IMG/VR virus record: IMGVR_UViG_3300037467_000469
Span: 1-38,821 of that record
DNA length: 38,821 nucleotides
Strand: one strand, 5' to 3'
DNA from: a virus
Lineage: Duplodnaviria; Caudoviricetes
The stretch's first letter is position 1. Every line of letters begins with the position of its first letter. A program made the position numbers and the translations under genes. Shown one piece after another: positions 26,201 through 33,628 of the stretch. The notes below the pieces were generated by a model that searched no databases, was not told where the DNA came from, and was given only the letters and a program-made list of their open reading frames with translations.

Positions 26201-26489
26201 CAGCCGCCCCGATGATCTTCTCAATCTTGTCGGCTACCTCCGACTTAGTCTTGACCGTGGCGATAGCCGGGGACGATTCCGCCATCACCTCACGGGCCTT
26301 GCGTGCCGCCAAGGTGTGGTGCTCATAGGTCATGCCGGGCCATGCCGTCTCAGGAACGATGCGCCCGTTGTGGACGTAGACATGGCGCCCGTGCATGGTG
26401 ACCCAGTGTCCACCGGGGTACTTGGCGGCGAGTTCTTCGGAGATGCCCTTTGTGAGGACGCTGGAATACCCCTTGATCAACAGGCGCAT
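23202..26489 (-). CDS. SNF2-family helicase/ATPase with N-terminal packaging-like module
   Basis: PHGYQ, GTGLGKT, FDEAH, LTATP, AGTEGMNLQ and WTPAAMEQRLGRGYRQGQ; N-terminus MRLLIKG...KYPGGHWVTMHGRHVY. Confidence 0.88.
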   Translation of the reverse strand: MRLLIKGYSSVLTKGISEELAAKYPGGHWVTMHGRHVYVHNGRIVPETAWPGMTYEHHTLAARKAREVMAESSPAIATVKTKSEVADKIEKIIGAAEKQFGNGARGWFVVPKALASGQKNNTFEHKDRLKELGAVWKEDGAATGWHIPVKLDSGHAAKTLQYMLENGIHGSFRHDAKAPPYKGEAPGAPAPAQQGGTTQPPPAAKGYETYEEMQARLAAEKAAGLKIDVKIFGVGGKGYIGLKLTGYDNNDKVHRSFKNAVKKMDTAFHNGIWIFKGDFAKVHKQIEELHAQFGPMMNISEGVLKNMAEHNPALAEKLKSQGDRAKAGEAAQQVEDPVKIKTLKAGIKPHGYQWSGVHYLNTIEKGVLGFGTGLGKTLTSLLAAEKLKQEGKAKGPAVIVVPASRLGGWEREVHKFFNGKKVVKIDGGPEERKALYKEAKKADYVVMSYAIMTNEGAQIKKELQNDIAIFDEAHYLKDPKSARSKAAYEHMSPKYTWWLTATPMMNKLEETYRAMEFMNPGVLGEKKRFVQKFAQYETIPNLKGDGETKVVCGVKANERANLRKMIAPYFFMLEKQDPRVKIAMPPKTHDTAVLDMDDAQNKLYGALRGSMLQELEGMDGAASVDMHMLTQLMRLEQIAIDPRLIDTPEALEGMGIKATNPVLKQIRTKGYASPKIAEAADQIATNWERTNEENNYNGGKGTIVFGQSPRTLEFLKEQLKAEHGFKDKDFLYVQGNTSKKARDQAEIDFNAGKGKVILMTKAGTEGMNLQANSNMHIDLDYEWTPAAMEQRLGRGYRQGQENNFHHQQFEMANSIDQRKMSVLERKGKIISDVFGSDGGVDAGKVGSKLTVADVLEMLGADAGTVAKAREQYTKAKGAAEERAAAKNAKAAAKAAADEAKAAAKAAAEAPVKASRAKKTPAPEPTPAKPKTGAQLNRERNAKIKADNMAAMEKLYGKGSGSGFDVAMSKKPIIRDADKKTTTQSTKTGYELAEEAKQVKGKPAKVERVGDRTWRKSKGMEHYHAGSATGDHQHSVSYNKSTGEWDWSTFHGPTQKKYTGTAKNMVSAQNAAIAVEQKETPSATKKSSTRTTKGAK

Positions 26490-26501
26490 CGTTGTTACCC
26501 C

Positions 26502-26651
26502 CTAATACGTGACATAGCCTAGCTTGACCAGCAAGGCCCCCAGTTCGTTCCCTCGTGCGGCGCGCTCTTCTGGGGTCATGGTCTGGTCCGTTTGGAGCTT
26601 GCCGACCTCTTCCAAGGCCTCGTTCAGCGTCTTGATATTCGGGTAGTACAC
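26502..26651 (-). CDS. 49 aa small protein (not in ORF track)
   Basis: GTG directly after the upstream TAG; MYYPNIKTLNEALEEVGKLQTDQTMTPEERAARGNELGALLVKLGYVTY; fills the gap exactly up to the next RBS. Confidence 0.6.
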   Translation of the reverse strand: MYYPNIKTLNEALEEVGKLQTDQTMTPEERAARGNELGALLVKLGYVTY

Positions 26652-28805
26652 CTAGCCCACCTTCTTCTGTACCTTAAAGTTGATCGGGACCGGAAGGCGA
26701 TGTGACAGTGGTTTGCTGGTAAGGTAATTCTTCATCCCGGTGTAGATGAGGGCGTTGTTGTCCATATCCTGCAGGCGCGGTTCCCAATAGGCGCGAATTT
26801 CGTCCATCGTCCCCGGACGCCACAACCCAAATTCACCGTCCAAGACATCGCTTGCCGCGCTCCACATGGAAGGATGCGGGCAGTCCACAGCGCCACCGGG
26901 TCCATTTACAAGCGCATGCGAAAACGGATTGGTCATGGACTCGATAGCCATAGCCCATTCCTCATCGTATGAGGGCGGCAGGTCAGGTCGTACAGCCCGT
27001 AAATGGGCCTGACAGGCTAACTGATGTGCCGTTAACGGCGCCCGATTCTGGACGAGGGCCGCCGCTTTCTTGTTGAACTCTCCCCACTCACGCTTCAACC
27101 AGTTCTCCTGCAAGGAATGCAGGTACTCATGGGTGTAGACGTTCTCCATGCGGGATGAGTTCATGCCGTTCTTTTTGCCATGCGGGAAGACCATTTTGTT
27201 CAGTGACGGGCTGTAATAGGCATTCGGGTTAGGGTCTACGTGACCGCTGTCTGGGGAATAATAGCTGAGTTCCACCCCGGACCCCAGACGCATCCAAGAC
27301 GGTAGGCGGTCCAGCCCACTGGCGGCGGTCGCCAGTGCGCCCGCATCGGGGGACCATGTACCCGCAGGCTTGCCTGTCGGGTAGTTCTTTGGGGGGTACT
27401 TCTTTGGATCCAGCGAACTGGTTCCGTACATACCAGCCCACGCGCCTTTGGTCTCGATGCCTGTAATGCCGTGCTCATAGACCAGATAAGCGGAAAGAAT
27501 CATCCGGTCCACGTAGTCCTGCTGGATGGGTAACGAGGCGCCCTGTGGCCCATATTTTCGAATGGCGTCCATGGCCTTCTTGTCCGCCTGTACCAGATCT
27601 TCAGCTTCTCTAAACGACTTCGGCGGTTTGTTACCAGCCAGTCGGACCAATTGCTGAACAGCCTCAAACGTGCCAAAAGCGTCCTGCGCCGCAGGCAGAT
27701 CCATCAGGGCGGGCTTTTGACCCTGTCCCACGATCTTGGGCAGTTCTCCCACACCCTTGCGCACGGCGCCCAGCATGTTGAACAGAGCCATCTGCGACAG
27801 CCATGTCGCCCGTTCCGCCCGGTGGGCGGCGGTATCCAAAGCCTTCTTTTCCTTGACCGTCAACTGAACACCCTTTTGAAGCAACTCAACGTGATGATGC
27901 GCCAGATCCATCGACCAGTCCATCATCTTCATGATGTCCAGTGCGTCCCGCAACTGGTCCCACGGGGCGTCCTGCCACTGCTTGATGCGGTCATAGGTCC
28001 GCGCGATGGGATCACCCTTAGCCTTCACCTTGGCGGTTGCTTTCGGCTTGGCTTCCTTCTTGGCCTTTGCCTTCTCGAGCTTCTGGATGTTCTTGGCCTG
28101 CGCTGGAGTCAGCGCCCGCTCAATGAAAGATTGACCATCCATGGAAAGGCCGGACACACCGCCCCGGCTGTAGTAGACAGTGCCCTTAGACACGCGGTCA
28201 ACAGTACCAGCGCCAGAATCCAGCATAACCCTGTCATGGAAGACCATGCCCTTCTTGGGGTTGAAGGGGTCCAACTTGGGCGCCGCCTTAGGCTTCACTT
28301 CAGCCTTGGCGGGCGTCTTGGCCTTGGTTTGCGCCGGGGGTTCACCCTTCTTGTTGATCTTGGTGGTGACCAGCGCCGTCTTGGTTTTCGACGCGGCTTT
28401 AGCCGGGGCCTTCTGGGCGCCCGGCTTTTCCGTCTTCGTTTTGGTGGCCTTTGGTTCCGTTTTGGTGGCCTTTGGTTCCGTTTTGGTGGCCTTTGGTTCC
28501 GTTTTGACCTTGGTCGTCTTCGCCATGGCCTTCTTCGCCGCCTTGGGATCCGGGGCCAGTTCGGGTTCCCCCCGGCGTTCCGCCAGCCGTTGGAGACGTG
28601 CGGTCGTCTCACCCGGAGTCGCTTTGGCCTTAGCCTGCTTGGCGGGCGCCGTCTCCGGGGCTGGGGTGCCATCCTTGCGGATGTAGACGTGGCGCCCCCG
28701 CTCCGTAACCCAGTGCCCACCGGGGTACTTAGCTTCCATGTCGGCGCCGACACCCTTGATCAGGTCCAGCGGGATGACATCGAAACCCTTGATTAACAGG
28801 CGCAC
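26652..28805 (-). CDS. Lys/Ala-rich protein with C-terminal zincin metallopeptidase domain
   Basis: GTG 28805 after AAGGAGGGG (MRLLIKG...); NAYYSPSLNKMVFP...HEYLH...EEWA is a gluzincin-like arrangement. Confidence 0.7.
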   Translation of the reverse strand: MRLLIKGFDVIPLDLIKGVGADMEAKYPGGHWVTERGRHVYIRKDGTPAPETAPAKQAKAKATPGETTARLQRLAERRGEPELAPDPKAAKKAMAKTTKVKTEPKATKTEPKATKTEPKATKTKTEKPGAQKAPAKAASKTKTALVTTKINKKGEPPAQTKAKTPAKAEVKPKAAPKLDPFNPKKGMVFHDRVMLDSGAGTVDRVSKGTVYYSRGGVSGLSMDGQSFIERALTPAQAKNIQKLEKAKAKKEAKPKATAKVKAKGDPIARTYDRIKQWQDAPWDQLRDALDIMKMMDWSMDLAHHHVELLQKGVQLTVKEKKALDTAAHRAERATWLSQMALFNMLGAVRKGVGELPKIVGQGQKPALMDLPAAQDAFGTFEAVQQLVRLAGNKPPKSFREAEDLVQADKKAMDAIRKYGPQGASLPIQQDYVDRMILSAYLVYEHGITGIETKGAWAGMYGTSSLDPKKYPPKNYPTGKPAGTWSPDAGALATAASGLDRLPSWMRLGSGVELSYYSPDSGHVDPNPNAYYSPSLNKMVFPHGKKNGMNSSRMENVYTHEYLHSLQENWLKREWGEFNKKAAALVQNRAPLTAHQLACQAHLRAVRPDLPPSYDEEWAMAIESMTNPFSHALVNGPGGAVDCPHPSMWSAASDVLDGEFGLWRPGTMDEIRAYWEPRLQDMDNNALIYTGMKNYLTSKPLSHRLPVPINFKVQKKVG
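28437..28506. repeat. 21 bp in-frame tandem repeat encoding KTEPKAT
   Basis: Unit cgttttggtggcctttggttc, 3 full copies plus a partial copy. Confidence 0.92.
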
Positions 28806-28818
28806 TGGGTTCCCCTCC

Positions 28819-29187
28819 TTAGATGAACTGGCGATGGATCTGCCCGCCCAGCGTACCTGCCGTAGGCGCCGCCACCGGGACAATCTTCAGCCGGATCCAA
28901 GGGTAGGCCCTACCCAGCTTGGGCAGATCGTCCACGTCAATGACGGCGATGCCGCCCGCTGGGCTGGCACCTACGTTGAAGGCGGTGCCACGGGGCGCCC
29001 AGTTGTTGCCGTCAGAGGACGCTTCCACCGAGACATTCAGGGCGGCGTCCAGCGTGTCCGACAGGAAGATGCTGGCACCTGTAGCGCCATCGTACTTGAT
29101 GGGCTTGGTGTAGATGGTAGCCGTCGAACGGGGCAAAAGGGTCAGGTCGTCGGTTCCTTGGAACTGCAGGGCAACCGTGCTCGACAT
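28819..29187 (-). CDS. Hypothetical beta-rich protein, possibly structural
   Basis: 122 aa with AGGAGG RBS; VEASSDG.NW and WIRLKI motifs suggest a small jelly-roll fold. Confidence 0.55.
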   Translation of the reverse strand: MSSTVALQFQGTDDLTLLPRSTATIYTKPIKYDGATGASIFLSDTLDAALNVSVEASSDGNNWAPRGTAFNVGASPAGGIAVIDVDDLPKLGRAYPWIRLKIVPVAAPTAGTLGGQIHRQFI

Positions 29188-29205
29188 AGCGTTCAGCCTC
29201 CTTGG

Positions 29206-29670
29206 TTATAGAACGGTCAGCAACCGCACGGCGGTACTGCCCGGCGGTTTGGTATCGCGCAGGTACTTCTGCCATGCCGGGCAACCAAGTTCATGGTTGC
29301 CGACAGTGGCGTAGCACTCCGCGAACATGTCGGCGGCATACTCACTCTGGGGGCGCCCGCGTTCTGCCAACATGATGTGGCCCACTTCGTGAGCGACAAC
29401 AAAGCGTGTCTGCCGTTCCTGCGGCGCCCCCCATTCCATGACGACGATGACGTACTTCACGGACCTCGCACTGATCACGGTGAAGGCGTCATTCTCCAGC
29501 GGGCGCTGGGTGACCACCGTGTACATAGGAAGCACCATTTGGGCCTCCAGATGATTCAGTTCGTCCGTAATCACGCGCATGATGGGCGGCGGAGCGTCGG
29601 CACGCGCCGCCGCGCCCGTCACCAGCAACAGAAGCCCCGCCAGAAACCCTGCAACCAACCTGCGCACCAT
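29206..29670 (-). CDS. Signal-peptide-bearing zinc metallopeptidase (HExxH; M48/M78-like)
   Basis: N-terminal MVRR + hydrophobic stretch + ARA; FVVAHEVGH...SEYAADMFA. Confidence 0.65.
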   Translation of the reverse strand: MVRRLVAGFLAGLLLLVTGAAARADAPPPIMRVITDELNHLEAQMVLPMYTVVTQRPLENDAFTVISARSVKYVIVVMEWGAPQERQTRFVVAHEVGHIMLAERGRPQSEYAADMFAECYATVGNHELGCPAWQKYLRDTKPPGSTAVRLLTVL

Positions 29671-29687
29671 GTTGGGCGCCCCCTTCC

Positions 29688-31886
29688 CTACAACAGACTG
29701 CCGTCTGCGTGAATCAGCGCCACCGTGTAGGCGTCCGGCTCGATGGGCGACGTTTTGGCGGCGTGAGCGGCGATGTAGGCGTCAGGCCGGGCGATGGAAC
29801 TGATGTGGATCTCGTCGAAGTAGGAGCCTAGGGTATCGGCGTTGTTTCCCTCACGACAGCCCAGATTCAACCGATCAAGCACAGTCGGCATGTTCACGCC
29901 CACAGCGCTGAGTTTAGGTACCCCGTTCCAATACAGCTTCACTGAGCTACTGGTGTACGCCACAGCGAGATGCCCCCAGCCAATTGCTGTGTCAGTCGCC
30001 AGTAATGCCTGTGAAACAGTAACCGTACCGTCATCCTTGCGTACTTGAAGCGTCAACTGCCCTGTGCCACCCCAATATGCCCAAATCCAAGGTCCAAGGC
30101 CTGTGCCGTTGCGTAAGACGAAGGCCGTAGCCTGTATCGATGTGAGCGCCCGCTTCACAGCGTTATTGACGTTCACCCACATCTCGATCGTACCCTGTGC
30201 AGGTGTCAATGGCACAGGTTGAATGCTCAGGAAGTCTGTGAGACGCCCAGAGCTCCCCGGATGCCATGTCGTAACGTAGCCCTTCTGCTCCAATTGTGCA
30301 TGCCAGACGTAGATCGTTGAAGCGTTCGGCGTCCGGATACCCATACCAACGTTGGCGACAGTACCTAAATTGTTTGTCATCGTAACTTTCCAGTCGTACC
30401 TCTGCCATCCGGTATTCAACGTGATGGCAGTTGACTGGTAGGAACTTACGCCCTGAAGGTACAGTACAAGGTTCACAGTGACAGTCGTGTCAGCCTTTAG
30501 CCAGATCGACCCCGTGTAGTCCTTCGTAGCCCCTGCCGCCAGTTGCTCGCCGGGGTATTTGTAGAAGGGATCATTCACGGTAGCTGTGCCCTTTACCAGC
30601 TTGGTGGCAGTAGTGCCGCCCGCTGGATCGGTCTGCCCTGTAACCTGCGTTATGTCAGTTGCTGTCCATAATGCGAAGTTGTTGTCAGCAGTGCTTAACA
30701 GGTTGGTTGTGCCTTCTTCGATCAGGATGGCCCCGCTGTTGGCGCCGGGGCGCCAATCTGTTGTCACTGTACCAAACTCATACTGGATGCCATCTACATA
30801 AAATGTCTGCCCCGTAGCTTCCCAGAATCGGATTTGCCCGCCCGAAGATGTACTGTTGGAGTTAAACGTGGAGACAATCCGTACCACCTGCTTTGGATTA
30901 ACAAGCGTACTCACAGTACCGCCACCACTCAAGCTCATACTTACAGTGATGGTGACTGTTCCGGGGTTGTATACATAAGCCGAGAATGCGCAGGATACTG
31001 TATACAACTGCACTGGATAAGCCTCGACAACGATACTTTGTGACGTTGCCCCGCTGACAGAAATAGAACTAGTCCCTTGCCACGACCATGACGTCGTTCG
31101 TGCAAGCGTTGCGCCGCCTGCCGCTATAAACCCCAGCGTCGTACCATCCTCGCCGCCGTTGGACTGGTTCAGCGTTAGCAGGTTCGCTCCACCGGGTGTC
31201 CAGTCAGCCGGGATCCAGTTGCCGCCACTGTCCTTGATGGACGCCTCTTCCAACTGTACTTGGTCGATGTAAGCGGTTCCAGTGCCGCCGATGGCGTTAG
31301 CCGCAAGCTGGATGTTGATGTACGTATTCAGTGTATCAACAGCCGGACTGAACGTAATCCACTGACGCACCCAGCCACTTGTGGGCGCCGTGACGATGGT
31401 CGTGGTTGTGTTGCTGATGATCGTACCGCTGGCTTTGTTGCCGATAAAGGCTGACGTGCGGGCTGTGCCCGCTAGGGCCGTTACCCAGATCCACCAACTG
31501 GCGATGTAGACGGCGCCAACCTTCAAGGTAATAGCGTCGCCCGTAGGGCTGGGGGCCTGCAGGTAGCGGTACATGCGCACCGTGTCGGTTGCCAGAGCGG
31601 AACTGGTAATTTGAAGCATCGCCGCCTGCGTGCCGTCACGCTTAACTGCCGACTGAACGCCCCCGAAGTAGCTGGGGGGCGTCGTGTTGCCACCATTGTC
31701 GTAGACCCACGTGCTAGCGCCCTCGAAGTTGGCAGATGCCGCCTTCAGCAGGTTGGCGCCCCGTCCCGGCACGTACCGGGGCGCCCCGCTCGAGACCTGC
31801 GTGCCGTCCGGCAGGTAGGCCGTCGATGCCCGGCTGAATGTGGGCCGGGCCTTCGCCCGGTTGCGGGCGCCCTTCAGGGGCCGCAT
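29688..31886 (-). CDS. Adhesin/fibre protein with tandem carbohydrate-binding-like modules and C-terminal LamG/ConA-like domain
   Basis: TFSRASTA, LIEEGTTNLL, three NLL...Q[LY]E...W.PG modules; GTIEMWV...WGHLAV.Y....KLYWNG...FDEIHIS. Confidence 0.72.
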   Translation of the reverse strand: MRPLKGARNRAKARPTFSRASTAYLPDGTQVSSGAPRYVPGRGANLLKAASANFEGASTWVYDNGGNTTPPSYFGGVQSAVKRDGTQAAMLQITSSALATDTVRMYRYLQAPSPTGDAITLKVGAVYIASWWIWVTALAGTARTSAFIGNKASGTIISNTTTTIVTAPTSGWVRQWITFSPAVDTLNTYINIQLAANAIGGTGTAYIDQVQLEEASIKDSGGNWIPADWTPGGANLLTLNQSNGGEDGTTLGFIAAGGATLARTTSWSWQGTSSISVSGATSQSIVVEAYPVQLYTVSCAFSAYVYNPGTVTITVSMSLSGGGTVSTLVNPKQVVRIVSTFNSNSTSSGGQIRFWEATGQTFYVDGIQYEFGTVTTDWRPGANSGAILIEEGTTNLLSTADNNFALWTATDITQVTGQTDPAGGTTATKLVKGTATVNDPFYKYPGEQLAAGATKDYTGSIWLKADTTVTVNLVLYLQGVSSYQSTAITLNTGWQRYDWKVTMTNNLGTVANVGMGIRTPNASTIYVWHAQLEQKGYVTTWHPGSSGRLTDFLSIQPVPLTPAQGTIEMWVNVNNAVKRALTSIQATAFVLRNGTGLGPWIWAYWGGTGQLTLQVRKDDGTVTVSQALLATDTAIGWGHLAVAYTSSSVKLYWNGVPKLSAVGVNMPTVLDRLNLGCREGNNADTLGSYFDEIHISSIARPDAYIAAHAAKTSPIEPDAYTVALIHADGSLL

Positions 31887-33101
31887 TTAGACCACCGCCT
31901 TGTAGCTGACATAACTGCCAGCCGTCGCGGAGTTGATCCAGACCGTGGCGCCCGCCTCGAACTGCACGATGTCGCCCGGCATCAGTTCGTAGCCGTTTCC
32001 CGATCCGTCGCGGGCCGTGGTCAGGGCTGATCCGATGACCGAGTCAGCGATGAGCACACAGTCGGCGTTCTTCACACCGCCCTTGACCTCCACGTAACGG
32101 CAGTTGGTGGGCAGGGCAATAGAAATTGCCGTGCCAGCGACGGCGACGGCCTTCTGCCCGGTGGATGCGGTGCCCAGTGCCGCCACGACTTTGAGGTTCT
32201 TGTTCGAATCTACCCGTAGCTGGTCATGACTTGCGCCGTTGTAGCCATAGAGCACGCTTGTCACTGCCAAGCGGTTGATGCTGTTGAGGGTTGCGGCATC
32301 AGCAGGGGATCCGATGGAAGGTTCGGTGCCGCCACTACTACGCAGACTGACAACGAGATTCTTGTTGGTGTCCGTCTGTAGACGCACGTAGTTGGTACCA
32401 TTCCAAGCTCGCAGGATCGAATCGACCCCTAGGACTTCGCTTCCATCGGGGCTATCCGTATTCGCACTCCGCACACGCAGAGCGGTCATGTTGCCGGAGG
32501 AATCCCGGCCTGCGACAAACAGTGCCTTTCCCGGCATGGCTTGTCCAAGAATACCTTCGACACCCAGCGTCACCGTCTGGATAGCGGGCCAGTTATTCAC
32601 GTTGAACCCCGTGGGCCAGTTGCTGACCACTGCCCCGAAGCTGGCAGGCCAGTTACTGACCACTGCCCCGAAGCTGGCAGGCCAGTTCCCCACGTTGATC
32701 GTGCCTGCGACCGTCTGCGTGGCAGGCCAGTTCGTCACCGTGGCGTTGAAGCCTGTCGGGAAGTTGTTCACGTTGAACCCCGCAGGCCAGTTGCTGACCA
32801 CTGCCCCAAAGCTGGTAGGCCAGTTGTTGATGCCGAAGCTGGTGGGCCAGTTCGTCACCGTGGCGTTGAACCCCGCAGGGAAGTTGTTCACGTTGAACCC
32901 TGCAGGCCAGTTCGTCACATTGGCGTCAAAGCCACTGGGCCAGTTGTTGATGCCGAAGTTGGTGGGCCAGTTGGTGATCCAGTTGAACTGGGCGCCGTCC
33001 CGGCCCTGCAGGGGCTGGAACTTACCCGTTAGGGCGTCCTTGTACTGGGGCGCCGGGCCATCTGGTGTCTGGTAAAGCCGCTCTTCCGTGTCTACTGCCA
33101 T
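31887..33101 (-). CDS. Fibre-like protein with N[W/F]P repeats
   Basis: 404 aa; 13 copies of [VI]xN[WF]P; C-terminal beta-rich domain. Confidence 0.65.
   Translation of the reverse strand: MAVDTEERLYQTPDGPAPQYKDALTGKFQPLQGRDGAQFNWITNWPTNFGINNWPSGFDANVTNWPAGFNVNNFPAGFNATVTNWPTSFGINNWPTSFGAVVSNWPAGFNVNNFPTGFNATVTNWPATQTVAGTINVGNWPASFGAVVSNWPASFGAVVSNWPTGFNVNNWPAIQTVTLGVEGILGQAMPGKALFVAGRDSSGNMTALRVRSANTDSPDGSEVLGVDSILRAWNGTNYVRLQTDTNKNLVVSLRSSGGTEPSIGSPADAATLNSINRLAVTSVLYGYNGASHDQLRVDSNKNLKVVAALGTASTGQKAVAVAGTAISIALPTNCRYVEVKGGVKNADCVLIADSVIGSALTTARDGSGNGYELMPGDIVQFEAGATVWINSATAGSYVSYKAVV
32575..32990. repeat. Degenerate 27/33 bp coding repeats (N[W/F]P units)
   Basis: Recurring ggccagtt/ggaagtt cores at mostly 27 or 33 bp spacing. 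Confidence 0.85.
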
Positions 33102-33119
33102 AGTCCTGCGCCCCCTTCG

Positions 33120-33449
33120 CTACACCTTCGATCGGATCTCCATTTCGATGGGGTCATCCGGGTAGGTCGCCCGTCGCCCGTCAGCGTAGACCACCTCACA
33201 CTCAGCCAAGAACAGGCCCGATTGGTCCACGTCCTGATCACGGGGTGCGTACCAGACCTCAGCGCCAGCCGGGTCATGCAGGATGGCCTCCACGTTGTCA
33301 ATCTTGCGTTCGATGGCGTCTGGCAGACGCATCCGGAGGTAAACACGGTCGTCCGGGGTCAAGTCGGTCACCGGAAGCCCATTCAGGGTCAGGACCATCT
33401 GCCATGCGTGGCGGGTGTCACCCTGTACGATCTTGTAGCGCTGTGCCAT
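33120..33449 (-). CDS. BppU-N-like Ig-fold structural adaptor
   Basis: ATG 33449 after GGAGGTGA; KIVQGDT...G.V.Y....DVD..G...AE.EV.YADG...TYP pattern. Confidence 0.6.
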   Translation of the reverse strand: MAQRYKIVQGDTRHAWQMVLTLNGLPVTDLTPDDRVYLRMRLPDAIERKIDNVEAILHDPAGAEVWYAPRDQDVDQSGLFLAECEVVYADGRRATYPDDPIEMEIRSKV

Positions 33450-33628
33450 TAGGGCTTCACCTCCCGAAGGTGCGGTGTCCACATGTTGTTGGTAATCCAG
33501 TTGTGGACGGTTTCAACAGGGATTAGCTGGAACGTGATGCCCTTCTGCTGGGCAATCAGCCGGGCGCCCTTGCGCTGGGGCGCCATGGTGATGTCCTTAA
33601 CGTTGGGTTGGATCCGCAGGCCCTTCAT
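33449..33628 (-). CDS. 59 aa hypothetical protein
   Basis: ATGA overlap with the MuF stop and TAATG overlap with the next gene. Confidence 0.5.
   Translation of the reverse strand: MKGLRIQPNVKDITMAPQRKGARLIAQQKGITFQLIPVETVHNWITNNMWTPHLREVKP

Noticed and set aside
16986-28796. Many long plus-strand ORFs (e.g. 19164-20210, 20250-21182, 21984-22862, 27651-28796)
   Set aside because: All lie opposite well-supported minus-strand genes and have the L/G/V/R-rich composition typical of shadow frames.
28806-28883. ORF-track N-terminal extension of the zincin protein (similar extensions at 5704-5856, 8854-9018, 9609-9674, 36226-36297, 37132-37179)
   Set aside because: These overlap upstream genes or terminators; downstream starts have better RBSs or translational coupling, and for 28805 the paralogous MRLLIKG start.
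32575-32990. Possible CRISPR array or DGR repeat
   Set aside because: The repeats are in-frame coding units without unique spacers; no cas or reverse transcriptase gene in the window.
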